Part shown: piece after piece, positions 11,600-24,022 of the stretch
How positions within the stretch are numbered: position 1 is the stretch's first letter
Layout: every line of letters starts with the position of its first letter
Assembly (NCBI RefSeq): GCF_000143415.4
Contig: NW_003314335.1
Coordinates: forward strand, 464,113 to 528,112
Direction: 5' to 3'
DNA length: 64,000 nucleotides
Origin: Selaginella moellendorffii
Taxonomy: Eukaryota; Plantae; Lycopodiophyta
The notes under the pieces: generated by a model
What the model was told of the DNA's origin: nothing
What the model saw: only the letters and a program-made list of their open reading frames with translations
Databases searched by the model: none
Translations under genes and position numbers: made by a program

Positions 11600-14350
11600 A
11601 AGCTCTCGCAACCGAGCGTATGAAACCGCTGTATGGACTCAGAATGCCAATGCTCAGCAATGCTTCGATGATTTCTTCAGCTCGCTTATCTCACCTGTGA
11701 AACAATGCTCCCCACCTCAAATGCAAGCCAGGCTCACTTGAAGTACATGATCCCACTTCGGTGTTTCCTGAGAGACCATCACTGGATGCGGAGCTGAGCT
11801 CTTGCACGAGCTTTGTCACTCTGCATCTTCCGCGTTGTAGGATTGTCAAGTTGTACCATCTGCTTTTGATTGTTCTCAAAGCCTTTGAGCTTTTACCCCA
11901 TAAATTCTAAGAGAGTTGCTTCCCATCCAAGTTTGCGAGCTGGGACGAAGAAAAAACGTTACCAGCCATCGGAAGAAGAGGCACATTGCACTCTACCTTC
12001 AAGTGAGAAGCTACTTCTCCATGAAAAAGGAACTGCGGCAGTGGGGTATACATAGGATCGTCTGCTGCAAATCGAGATTCACGTAAGGAAACACTGCACT
12101 GCAGAGAAGACAGACAATTGCCTTCGCGGGACAGAAAACATCCTTTCACAGTGTCAATGGCACATGTCCTTCATGCCAAGAAACTCCAAGCATCTCACAA
12201 AAGCTGAAACGTATTAGAAAAAACAAGCTGTTCTGCAACCGAGACCTCGTGCAGAAGCTGCCAGTACAGAGACATGCTGGCGTTGATAAGTGTGGTGAAA
12301 CGCCCCGTTGTATCCTTCCCAAACTTGCAGCTGCGTTAAATGCCGCTTCGAGAGCTGAAATTGCATATAAGACGCCGGGAGGGAGATAATCCCACCACCT
12401 TCAAAGGCTTCAGTTCGGAGCAGTCATTCGCTGTCTTTGGAGTGCTTCCTAGGTAGAGATGTTCTTTTCCCATACAAACCTGTCGTCGCCATGGCTAAGA
12501 AGGCCAAGAGAGCTTTCCCAACCATGGCAACGAACTTCCTTGCATCCGAGATCACGGAGGAACGGTCTGCATTTTTTTTTCCAGCATAAGAATGGCTGCC
12601 CACAGCAGCTGAGCGAGGTTGCTCAGCTACTGTAGGAACTGAAGTTGTAAGCATCGATGACAAGCTCAGTCTTCCTTGTGCTGCCAACCCGTGAGCAATA
12701 GCCGCAAGTGTGAAAGAAAAGACCGCCGTCAATACCAGAACCTTTGTTGCCACCTCCCTGACTGCTCGCCAAATACTCAGATAGCATGCTGAATATCGCA
12801 GCAACCACAGTGCCGTCAGCACCACCTGGAGTTTGATTCGAAGCACGATCTTTTTAACTGAGATACCAGTGGACAATTGGCTAAAGTATGTACCAGGTTA
12901 AAAGAATCTTGAAACAAACAACTATCAACAAAAAAAAATCAACACACCTAAAGTGTAGAAGACAACGTAGAGCGAATGACAGAGGCCAGCCTGAACACCT
13001 TCAAGTGTATAGATGCCAATTGGACAACTTATTACTGTCGTTCTTAGCTTTCTGTCCAGCCTCTCAGAATTGACTTGAGGATGAGCTTCTTTACCAGTCA
13101 AAAGATTCAGGCCACACCCACATTGCCTACATGCTTCTCCGGAAGCTGGTCAAGACGTCCACAAATGCATATCAATCTGAAATGCTCTTTGTGATACAGC
13201 TCCTGCGCCAAATAAGGCATGCAATGGTTTATTACTCCCCCACTTGCTTGCTCACTATGTAACAAAAGCTCTGATAGTAGTACTTTGCTGCAGCTCCTTC
13301 ACTTATTTTACTTTAAATTTTGAGCAAAAGCACATCGGTCTGGGCAAACAGCATTGGCACGCGAGAAAGCTCTTATCAAGTCACGGAAACTTCTGCAGAA
13401 GGACAATGAAAAATTGTTATAGCGATAGAAGCATTACTAGCATTATCGAGAGGAGCTGTGCACGCCTGACTAGTACTGACATTAGATGGACACGGCACTG
13501 ATTCTGGTCTTTTGGTAGAAGCTGGCTCCACCTTGTGTAGTGCACGATCGTTACGTTACCCGGTGATGCTAGCACAATATTTCCAGGCAGCATCACATCC
13601 TCTTTCGAATGTAGTCGCAGCTCCCCACATTTGTCAATTATGGCCTCTTTTTAGCAATATCTTACCCATGCTGCTATTTCGTCAGATGTCAATTCAGTCC
13701 ATTCAGAAACCTATGAACGTTTTTGTTGGATCCTGCGGTAAGCGAACCTTGTTAAAGAGCCCTTTCAAAAAACTTTTGAGAGCATCAGGTGGATCCTGCT
13801 CGACAGCGATAGCTAAAGTTATAACAAAATCGCAACAATTACCTCCTGTAAACAGAGTTAGAGTAAAAAGGAGACTGGCCAACATAGAGTTCATTCCTGC
13901 TCATGACAATGCGCGTCAATGTAAAACAAACAGAACTTTACAATATCACACCAAGAGTCTGCTCTAGGGAGCCATGTATAGTGGAGCTCCTGTCACAGCG
14001 TCACGGTTTCACGAATGTATAGAAGCAATCTAAAAGACAACCTTCGATCGAGCGAAGAACCATTTGTGTTGCAAGACATGTCCACAATCGCAGAGCTGAT
14101 TCCAACAATAGACACTCACAGCATTTCACAATCCAGAAGTGGTGCCTTCACCGGCACCGATCTCCCAGTGGATGGTGTAGTGCCCGAACCTACGAGTAAG
14201 TCTTCTTAGAAAAAGTCTCGCACTAATCTTTGTCGCTCTTGCCGTGCTTGAGCATATCGTCTGGGGCATCGATCGATCAGGGGCAAACAAGAAAACAAAA
14301 ATGCAGCTCACAGAAATGCATGGCCAGTGCATCTCGTCAAAAAGCCTAGA
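11600..14350 (-). pseudogene. TIO: Decayed intron-containing Fused/TIO kinase gene (unit 1 copy); its 5' part recurs in each array unit
   Basis: In order on the minus strand: KHGKSDKD, VRALH, IGAG, LCDCG..MSCNT.MVLRSI, GAPLYMAP, ELYVGQ..YSNSVY, KSFLKGL. These match Fused/TIO kinase motifs but are broken by deletions. Extent below about 13000 is uncertain. Confidence 0.75.
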
Positions 14351-14530
14351 GCGATACCCAGAGTAGAAATTCTTCTGGTAACATTTATTTTGTATGGTAG
14401 GAATTCTTTTCTCTCTTTTTCGTTCTTGAAGGCAAGAAAATTCCCCCGTACAACGTGGCTGGGATAGAATTTCTTTCGGCCCGACCAGACATGTCCAACA
14501 GACGCTCGTAGTGCTCCTCGGATGGCATTC

Positions 14531-15670
14531 TCATTCTCCAAAACTGTCAAGGCAACTTATGCTCCAAAGCCGCACCTTCTTTGCCACAAGACTTTCCTCT
14601 GCTTCTTCCTGATCACCTCGCCTTCGCTTCAAGCCCGGCTTCAAATCCATCTCCAGACACAATTCCTGCTGTACAGCAGAATGCTTGACGACCCATGGAT
14701 GCTTCTCAATCTCATGGATTGGCAGCCTCTTTCTCGGGTCCAAGTGGAGCAGCTGGAGAATGAGATCTTTGGCTTCCTCGCTCACATCCGTCCAGTCAAG
14801 GGAGGTCACCGGCACTTCCTTCCTCCCCACCCAGAATGCAAACTGCCCCGACAATATCTCATACAAGACAATGCCCACGCCCCACACATCTACCATCTCA
14901 TCATACTCATCATCAGAATTCACCATCTCTGGGGCGCTGTAAGCCTGTGTCCCAGAAAGGTCGCTCATCCTAAACTTTACGCCTGGCCCCTCGCTCAACC
15001 AACACGTTCCAAAGTCAGCCACCTTTATGCTGTCAAATTTCTCCTTAATCCCTAGGAGGATGTTGGCAGTGTTGATATCCCTATGAGCTATTCCCATGTC
15101 GTGCATTTCGCCCACAGTCCTGGCCACTTTCTTTATCACCAGTGCTGCCTCGTGCTCACTCAGCCTCCCCTTGTCCTTCAACACATCTCGCAGCGAGCAC
15201 TGGCACAACTCCATGACAAGGTGATAGTATTCTTGTTCTTTGAAAACGTCCACTAGTTGAACCACACCACTTTTTGCTGTGCTCTTGGAGAGTTTCGTGA
15301 GTACTCTCATCTCCAACTCCGCTTGGTCTTCAAGATTGTCGGTGACTCGAATTGATTTACAAGCGAACAATTGACCGTCGCTCTTGCGTTTGATTTGGCA
15401 GACACTTGATTGGCCTCCCTGACCCAGCTCCTTTTCCACCGAGAACAAGTCTCCCATGCTTGCCTGGTTAAACTCCATCGCCTCCATAGATCGCACCAGT
15501 GCCATCTGCTCGTCCATCAATTTCCTGTGCTCCTCCATCGATTCAGTGCTCGGTGTAGCAGCTTCTTCGTCTTGTGGGGGAGGTATTTTGAGTAGCTCGT
15601 AGAGCTCCTTCAGCTTCCAAAGTGCATCAAGTAGCACCTCTTCTTGAGGCTTACCTTCGTCAAGCGCCAT
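14531..15670 (-). CDS. Intronless CAMK-group (CDPK/PPCK-related, no EF-hands) Ser/Thr kinase, 379 aa, copy 1
   Basis: LGQGGQSSV, FACKSI, HLVMELC, HRDINTANILL, IKVADFG, GTQAYSAPE, DVWGVGIVLY, SEEAKDLILQLL, HPWV. Confidence 0.9.
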   Translation of the reverse strand: MALDEGKPQEEVLLDALWKLKELYELLKIPPPQDEEAATPSTESMEEHRKLMDEQMALVRSMEAMEFNQASMGDLFSVEKELGQGGQSSVCQIKRKSDGQLFACKSIRVTDNLEDQAELEMRVLTKLSKSTAKSGVVQLVDVFKEQEYYHLVMELCQCSLRDVLKDKGRLSEHEAALVIKKVARTVGEMHDMGIAHRDINTANILLGIKEKFDSIKVADFGTCWLSEGPGVKFRMSDLSGTQAYSAPEMVNSDDEYDEMVDVWGVGIVLYEILSGQFAFWVGRKEVPVTSLDWTDVSEEAKDLILQLLHLDPRKRLPIHEIEKHPWVVKHSAVQQELCLEMDLKPGLKRRRGDQEEAEESLVAKKVRLWSISCLDSFGE

Positions 15671-15910
15671 CCCCTTGAAAGTCTGTTTAACCCTAGCCTT
15701 GATGTAGCAATTGCCTTTTTTATAATTTCCTATACCAAAAGGGCTGTGAAATGTGAAACCGCTTTTTCCACAAACAATTCTTACCTTTCTTATTCAAAAG
15801 AATCCAATACGTCTGAATAAAAGCATTAAACAAAGTGCCTAGTGACTTGGTGGAAATACTTTCTGTTTCCAAATAATCGGCGAGCATCCTATTGCTCGCA
15901 GCAAACCACC

Positions 15911-16398
15911 AACACAATGCTGTGAAAATCGCCGGCGCTTCATTCCCCGCGGTGTGGTGCGCTTGGTCTGCGCAGTGTGAGCCTGGCAACCAGCTCTGTT
16001 GAGTTCTTGGCGGCATTCACTGACAAAACCTTCACGAGGAAAGATGGAAAACGTTAATCGACTCATTCCAAGACAAACCTGTGGAATCACAATGCAATCT
16101 CCGCAATCGCCAGCTGCTCACGCAATCTCAGAGTTGTGGCCTGCTCTCGGAATCATGCCCAGATTTTCCAGTTACACCGACAACGGAGCCTTGACACCAA
16201 GTTCTCGGAGTGGAGAAAAGGATTTGGCACTGGAACTTTTCTCCATCATGCTGGATCAAGGACGCGAGAATCTTTGTGGCTGTTCTTGGTGCCTGCGCGC
16301 GGGAGAAGACGGCAGGGAGCTGGCTGGGTAAATGATGAACGTGCAGTCAGTCGGGACACGAGAAAAAAAAAACACACACACACACACGTCCAAAGCTC
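15911..16398 (-). pseudogene. Degenerate CCT1 fragment interrupted by a plus-strand PPR fragment (about 16200-16300); repeated in each unit
   Basis: Matches 32185-32495 (cttggcggcattcactgacaaaaccttcacg; ctccgcaatcgccagctgctcacgc) including intron sequence. The insert reads GEKDLALELFSIMLDQG...IFVAVLGACA. Confidence 0.8.
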
Positions 16399-18706
16399 CG
16401 AGACCTCGTGCAGAAGCTGCCAGTACAGGGACATGATGGCGTTGATAAGTGTGGTGAAAAGCCCCGTTGTATCCTTCCCAAACTTGCAGCTGCGTTAAAT
16501 GCCGCTTCGAGAGCTGAAATTGCATATAAGACGCCGGGAGGGAGATAATCCCACCACCTTCAAAGGCTTCAGTTCGGAGCAGTCATTCGCTGTCTTTGGA
16601 GTGCTTCCTAGATAGAGATGTTCTTTTCCCATGCAAACCTGTCGTCGCCATGGCTAAGAAGGCCCAGAGAGCTTTCCAAACCATGGCAACGAACTTCCTT
16701 GCATCCGAGATCACGGAGGAACGGTCTGCATTTCTTTTCCAGCATAAGAATCGCTGCCCACAGCAGCTGAGCGAGGTCGCTCAGCTACTGTAGGAACTGA
16801 CGTTGTAAGCATCGATGACAAGCTCAGTCTTCCTTGTGCTGCCAACCCGTGAGCAATAGCCGCAAGTGTGAAAGAAAAGACCGCCGTCAATACCAGAACC
16901 TTTGTTGCCACCTCCCTGACTGCTCGCCAAATACTCAGATAGCATGCTGAATATCGCAGCAACCACAGTGCCGTCAGCACCACCTGGAGTTTGATTCGAA
17001 GCACGATCTTTTTAACTGAGATACCAGTGGACAATTGGCTAAAGTATGTACCAGGTTAAAAGAATCTTGAAACAAACAACTATCAACAGAAAAAAATCAA
17101 CAAACACACCTAAAGTGTAGAAGACAACGTAGAGCGAATGTAAGAGGCCAGCCTGAACACCTTCAAGTGTATACATGCCAATTGGACAACTTGTTACTGT
17201 CGTTCTTAGCTTTCTGTCCAGCCTCTCAGAATTAACTTGAGGATGAGCTTCTTTACCAGTCAAAAGATTTAGGCCACACCCACATTGCCTACATGCTTCT
17301 CCGGAAGCTGGTCAAGACGTCCACAAATGCATATCAATCTGAAACGCTCTTTGTGATACAGCTCCTGCGCCAAATAAGGCACGCAATGGTTTAGTAGTCC
17401 CCCACTTGCTTGCTCACTATGTAACAAAAGCTCCGATAGTAGTACTTTGCTGCAGCTCCTTCACTTATTTTACTTCAAATTTTGAGCAAAAGCACATCGG
17501 TCTGGGCAAACAGCATTGGCACGCGAGAAAGCTCTTATCAAGTCACGGAAACTTCTGCAGAAGGACAACGAAAAATTGTTATAGCGATGGAAGCATTACC
17601 AGCATTATCGAGAGGAGCTGTGCACGCCTGACTAGGACTGACATTAGATGGACACGGCACTGATTCTGGTCTTTTGGTAGGAGCTGGCTCCACCTTGTGT
17701 AGTGCACGATCGTTACGTTAGCCGTTAGCCGTTAGCCCGTGATGCTAGCACAATATTTCCAGGCAGCATCACATCCTCTTTCGAATGTAGTCGCAGCTCC
17801 TCACATTTGTCAATTATGGCCACTTTTTAGCAATATCTTACCCGTGCTGCTATTTCGTCAGATGTCAATTCAGTCCATTCAGAAACCTATGAACGTTTTT
17901 GTTGGATCCTGCGGTAAGCGAACCTTGTTAAAGAGCCCTTTCAAAAAACTTTTGAGAGCATCAGGTGGATCCTGCTCGACAGCGATAGCTAAAGTTATAA
18001 CAAAATCGCAACAATTACCTCCTGTAAACAGAGTTAGAGTAAAAAGGAGGCTGGCCAACATAGAGTTCATTCCTGCTCATGACAATGCGCGTCAATGTAA
18101 AACAAACAGAACTTTACAATGTCACACCAAGAGTCTGCTCTAGGGAGCCATGTATAGTGGAGCTCCTGTCATAGCGTCACGGTTTCACGAATGTATAGAA
18201 GCAATCTAAAAGACAACCTTCGATCGAGCGAAGAGCCATTTGTGTTGCAAGACATGTCCACAATCGCAGAGCTGATTCCAACAATAGGCACTCACAGGAT
18301 TTCACAATCCAGATTTGGTGCCTTCGCCGGCACCGATCTCCCAGTGGATGGTGTAGTGCCCGAACCTACGAGTAAGTCTTCTTAGAAAAAGTCTCGCACT
18401 AATCTTTGTCGCTCTTGCCGTGCTTGAGCATATCGTCTGGGGCATCGATCGATCAGGGGCAAACAAGAAAACAAAAATGCAGCTCACAGAAATGCATGGC
18501 CAGTGCATCTCGTCAAAAAGCCTAGAGCGATACCCAGAGTAGAAATTCTTCTGGTAACATTTATTTTGTATGGTAGGAATTCTTTTCTCTCTTTTTCGTT
18601 CTTGAAGGCAAGAAAATTCCCCCGTACAACGTGGCTGGGATAGAATTTCTTTCGGCCCGACCAGACATGTCCAACAGACGCTCGTAGTGCTCCTCGGATG
18701 GCATTC

Positions 18707-19846
18707 TCATTCTCCAAAACTGTCAAGGCAACTTATGCTCCAAAGCCGCACCTTCTTTGCCACAAGACTTTCCTCTGCTTCTTCCTGATCACCTCGCCTT
18801 CGCTTCAAGCCCGGCTTCAAATCCATCTCCAGACACAATTCCTGCTGTACAGCAGAATGCTTGACGACCCATGGATGCTTCTCAATCTCATGGATTGGCA
18901 GCCTCTTTCTCGGGTCCAAGTGGAGCAGCTGGAGAATGAGATCTTTGGCTTCCTCGCTCACATCCGTCCAGTCAAGGGAGGTCACCGGCACTTCCTTCCT
19001 CCCCACCCAGAATGCAAACTGCCCCGACAATATCTCATACAAGACAATGCCCACGCCCCACACATCTACCATCTCATCATACTCATCATCAGAATTCACC
19101 ATCTCTGGGGCGCTGTAAGCCTGTGTCCCAGAAAGGTCGCTCATCCTAAACTTTACGCCTGGCCCCTCGCTCAACCAACACGTTCCAAAGTCAGCCACCT
19201 TTATGCTGTCAAATTTCTCCTTAATCCCTAGGAGGATGTTGGCAGTGTTGATATCCCTATGAGCTATTCCCATGTCGTGCATTTCGCCCACAGTCCTGGC
19301 CACTTTCTTCATCACCAGTGCTGCCTCGTGCTCACTCAGCCTCCCCTTGTCCTTCAACACATCTCGCAGCGAGCACTGGCACAACTCCATGACAAGGTGA
19401 TGGTATTCTTGTTCTTTGAAAACGTCCACTAGTTGAACCACACCACTTTTTGCTGTGCTCTTGGAGAGTTTCGTGAGTACTCTCATCTCTAACTCCGCTT
19501 GGTCTTCAAGATTGTCAGTGACCCGAATTGATTTACAAGCGAACAATTGACCGTCGCTCTTGCGTTTGATTTGGTAGACACTTGATTGGCCTCCCTGACC
19601 CAGCTCCTTTTCCACCGAGAACAAGTCTCCCATGCTTGCCTGGTTAAACTCCATCGCCTCCATAGATCGCACCAGTGCCATCTGCTCGTCCATCAATTTC
19701 CTGTGCTCCTCCATCGATTCAGTGCTCGGTGTAGCAGCTTCTTCCTCTTGTGGGGGAGGTATTTTGAGTAGCTCGTAGAGCTCCTTCAGCTTCCAAAGTG
19801 CATCAAGTAGCACCTCTTCTTGAGGCTTACCTTCGTCAAGCGCCAT
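18707..19846 (-). CDS. Intronless CAMK-group kinase, copy 2
   Basis: 379-aa ORF with 4 amino-acid differences from copy 1. Confidence 0.9.
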   Translation of the reverse strand: MALDEGKPQEEVLLDALWKLKELYELLKIPPPQEEEAATPSTESMEEHRKLMDEQMALVRSMEAMEFNQASMGDLFSVEKELGQGGQSSVYQIKRKSDGQLFACKSIRVTDNLEDQAELEMRVLTKLSKSTAKSGVVQLVDVFKEQEYHHLVMELCQCSLRDVLKDKGRLSEHEAALVMKKVARTVGEMHDMGIAHRDINTANILLGIKEKFDSIKVADFGTCWLSEGPGVKFRMSDLSGTQAYSAPEMVNSDDEYDEMVDVWGVGIVLYEILSGQFAFWVGRKEVPVTSLDWTDVSEEAKDLILQLLHLDPRKRLPIHEIEKHPWVVKHSAVQQELCLEMDLKPGLKRRRGDQEEAEESLVAKKVRLWSISCLDSFGE

Positions 19847-22800
19847 CCCCTTGAAAGTCTGTTTAACCCTAGCCTTGATGTAGCAATTGCCTTTTTTATA
19901 ATTTCCTATACCAAAAGGGCTGTGAAATGTGAAACCGCTTTTTCCACAAACAATTCTTACCTTTCTTATTCAAAAGAATCCAATACGTCTGAATAAAAGC
20001 ATTAAACAAAGTGCCTAGTGACTTGGTGGAAATACTTTCTGTTTCCAAATAATCGGCGAGCATCCTATTGCTCGCAGCAAACCACCAACACAATGCTGTG
20101 AAAATCGCCGGCGCTTCATTCCCCGCGGTGTGGTGCGCTTGGTCTGCGCAGTGTGAGCCTGGCAACCAGCTCTGTTGAGTTCTTGGCGGCATTCACTGAC
20201 AAAACCTTCACGAGGAAAGATGGAAAACGTTAATCGACTCATTCCAAGACAAACCTGTGGAATCACAATGCAATCTCCGCAATCGCCAGCTGCTCACGCA
20301 ATCTCAGAGTTGTGGCCTGCTCTCGGAATCATGCCCAGATTTTCCAGTTACACCGACAACGGAGCCTTGACACCAAGTTCTCGGAGTGGAGAAAAGGATT
20401 TGGCACTGGAACTTTTCTCCATCATGCTGGATCAAGGACGCGAGAATCTTTGTGGCTGTTCTTGGTGCCTGCGCGCGGGAGAAGACGGCAGGGAGCTGGC
20501 TGGGTAAATGATGAACGTGCAGTCAGTCGGGACACGAGAAAAAAAAAACACACACACACACACGTCCAAAGCTCCGAGACCTCGTGCAGAAGCTGCCAGT
20601 ACAGGGACATGATGGCGTTGATAAGTATGGTGAAAAGCCCCGTTGTATCCTTCCCAAACTTGCAGCTGCGTTAAATGCCGCTTCGAGAGCTGAAATTGCA
20701 TATAAGACGCCGGGAGGGAGATAATCCCACCACCTTCAAAGGCTTCAGTTCGGAGCAGTCATTCGCTGTCTTTGGAGTGCTTCCTAGATAGAGATGTTCT
20801 TTTCCCATGCAAACCTGTCGTCGCCATGGCTAAGAAGGCCCAGAGAGCTTTCCAAACCATGGCAACGAACTTCCTTGCATCCGAGATCACGGAGGAACGG
20901 TCTGCATTTCTTTTCCAGCATAAGAATCGCTGCCCACAGCAGCTGAGCGAGGTCGCTCAGCTACTGTAGGAACTGACGTTGTAAGCATCGATGACAAGCT
21001 CAGTCTTCCTTGTGCTGCCAACCCGTGAGCAATAGCCGCAAGTGTGAAAGAAAAGACCGCCGTCAATACCAGAACCTTTGTTGCCACCTCCCTGACTGCT
21101 CGCCAAATACTCAGATAGCATGCTGAATATCGCAGCAACCACAGTGCCGTCAGCACCACCTGGAGTTTGATTCGAAGCACGATCTTTTTAACTGAGATAC
21201 CAGTGGACAATTGGCTAAAGTATGTACCAGGTTAAAAGAATCTTGAAACAAACAACTATCAACAGAAAAAAATCAACAAACACACCTAAAGTGTAGAAGA
21301 CAACGTAGAGCGAATGTAAGAGGCCAGCCTGAACACCTTCAAGTGTATACATGCCAATTGGACAACTTGTTACTGTCGTTCTTAGCTTTCTGTCCAGCCT
21401 CTCAGAATTAACTTGAGGATGAGCTTCTTTACCAGTCAAAAGATTTAGGCCACACCCACATTGCCTACATGCTTCTCCGGAAGCTGGTCAAGACGTCCAC
21501 AAATGCATATCAATCTGAAACGCTCTTTGTGATACAGCTCCTGCGCCAAATAAGGCACGCAATGGTTTAGTAGTCCCCCACTTGCTTGCTCACTATGTAA
21601 CAAAAGCTCCGATAGTAGTACTTTGCTGCAGCTCCTTCACTTATTTTACTTCAAATTTTGAGCAAAAGCACATCGGTCTGGGCAAACAGCATTGGCACGC
21701 GAGAAAGCTCTTATCAAGTCACGGAAACTTCTGCAGAAGGACAACGAAAAATTGTTATAGCGATGGAAGCATTACCAGCATTATCGAGAGGAGCTGTGCA
21801 CGCCTGACTAGGACTGACATTAGATGGACACGGCACTGATTCTGGTCTTTTGGTAGGAGCTGGCTCCACCTTGTGTAGTGCACGATCGTTACGTTAGCCG
21901 TTAGCCGTTAGCCCGTGATGCTAGCACAATATTTCCAGGCAGCATCACATCCTCTTTCGAATGTAGTCGCAGCTCCTCACATTTGTCAATTATGGCCACT
22001 TTTTAGCAATATCTTACCCGTGCTGCTATTTCGTCAGATGTCAATTCAGTCCATTCAGAAACCTATGAACGTTTTTGTTGGATCCTGCGGTAAGCGAACC
22101 TTGTTAAAGAGCCCTTTCAAAAAACTTTTGAGAGCATCAGGTGGATCCTGCTCGACAGCGATAGCTAAAGTTATAACAAAATCGCAATAATTACCTCCTG
22201 TAAACAGAGTTAGAGTAAAAAGGAGGCTGGCCAACATAGAGTTCATTCCTGCTCATGACAATGCGCGTCAATGTAAAACAAACAGAACTTTACAATGTCA
22301 CACCAAGAGTCTGCTCTAGGGAGCCATGTATAGTGGAGCTCCTGTCATAGCGTCACGGTTTCACGAATGTATAGAAGCAATCTAAAAGACAACCTTCGAT
22401 CGAGCGAAGAGCCATTTGTGTTGCAAGACATGTCCACAATCGCAGAGCTGATTCCAACAATAGGCACTCACAGGATTTCACAATCCAGATTTGGTGCCTT
22501 CGCCGGCACCGATCTCCCAGTGGATGGTGTAGTGCCCGAACCTACGAGTAAGTCTTCTTAGAAAAAGTCTCGCACTAATCTTTGTCGCTCTTGCCGTGCT
22601 TGAGCATATCGTCTGGGGCATCGATCGATCAGGGGCAAACAAGAAAACAAAAATGCAGCTCACAGAAATGCATGGCCAGTGCATCTCGTCAAAAAGCCTA
22701 GAGCGATACCCAGAGTAGAAATTCTTCTGGTAACATTTATTTTGTATGGTAGGAATTCTTTTCTCTCTTTTTCGTTCTTGAAGGCAAGAAAATTCCCCCG

Positions 22801-22882
22801 TACAACGTGGCTGGGATAGAATTTCTTTCGGCCCGACCAGACATGTCCAACAGACGCTCGTAGTGCTCCTCGGATGGCATTC

Positions 22883-24022
22883 TCATTCTCCAAAACTGTC
22901 AAGGCAACTTATGCTCCAAAGCCGCACCTTCTTTGCCACAAGACTTTCCTCTGCTTCTTCCTGATCACCTCGCCTTCGCTTCAAGCCCGGCTTCAAATCC
23001 ATCTCCAGACACAATTCCTGCTGTACAGCAGAATGCTTGACGACCCATGGATGCTTCTCAATCTCATGGATTGGCAGCCTCTTTCTCGGGTCCAAGTGGA
23101 GCAGCTGGAGAATGAGATCTTTGGCTTCCTCGCTCACATCCGTCCAGTCAAGGGAGGTCACCGGCACTTCCTTCCTCCCCACCCAGAATGCAAACTGCCC
23201 CGACAATATCTCATACAAGACAATGCCCACGCCCCACACATCTACCATCTCATCATACTCATCATCAGAATTCACCATCTCTGGGGCGCTGTAAGCCTGT
23301 GTCCCAGAAAGGTCGCTCATCCTAAACTTTACGCCTGGCCCCTCGCTCAACCAACACGTTCCAAAGTCAGCCACCTTTATGCTGTCAAATTTCTCCTTAA
23401 TCCCTAGGAGGATGTTGGCAGTGTTGATATCCCTATGAGCTATTCCCATGTCGTGCATTTCGCCCACAGTCCTGGCCACTTTCTTCATCACCAGTGCTGC
23501 CTCGTGCTCACTCAGCCTCCCCTTGTCCTTCAACACATCTCGCAGCGAGCACTGGCACAACTCCATGACAAGGTGATGGTATTCTTGTTCTTTGAAAACG
23601 TCCACTAGTTGAACCACACCACTTTTTGCTGTGCTCTTGGAGAGTTTCGTGAGTACTCTCATCTCTAACTCCGCTTGGTCTTCAAGATTGTCAGTGACCC
23701 GAATTGATTTACAAGCGAACAATTGACCGTCGCTCTTGCGTTTGATTTGGTAGACACTTGATTGGCCTCCCTGACCCAGCTCCTTTTCCACCGAGAACAA
23801 GTCTCCCATGCTTGCCTGGTTAAACTCCATCGCCTCCATAGATCGCACCAGTGCCATCTGCTCGTCCATCAATTTCCTGTGCTCCTCCATCGATTCAGTG
23901 CTCGGTGTAGCAGCTTCTTCCTCTTGTGGGGGAGGTATTTTGAGTAGCTCGTAGAGCTCCTTCAGCTTCCAAAGTGCATCAAGTAGCACCTCTTCTTGAG
24001 GCTTACCTTCGTCAAGCGCCAT
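22883..24022 (-). CDS. Intronless CAMK-group kinase, copy 3
   Basis: Protein identical to copy 2 in the ORF track. Confidence 0.9.
   Translation of the reverse strand: MALDEGKPQEEVLLDALWKLKELYELLKIPPPQEEEAATPSTESMEEHRKLMDEQMALVRSMEAMEFNQASMGDLFSVEKELGQGGQSSVYQIKRKSDGQLFACKSIRVTDNLEDQAELEMRVLTKLSKSTAKSGVVQLVDVFKEQEYHHLVMELCQCSLRDVLKDKGRLSEHEAALVMKKVARTVGEMHDMGIAHRDINTANILLGIKEKFDSIKVADFGTCWLSEGPGVKFRMSDLSGTQAYSAPEMVNSDDEYDEMVDVWGVGIVLYEILSGQFAFWVGRKEVPVTSLDWTDVSEEAKDLILQLLHLDPRKRLPIHEIEKHPWVVKHSAVQQELCLEMDLKPGLKRRRGDQEEAEESLVAKKVRLWSISCLDSFGE

Noticed and set aside
14522-15055. 177-aa plus-strand ORF repeated in each array unit
   Set aside because: It is the antisense shadow of the kinase, and its conservation simply reflects unit identity.
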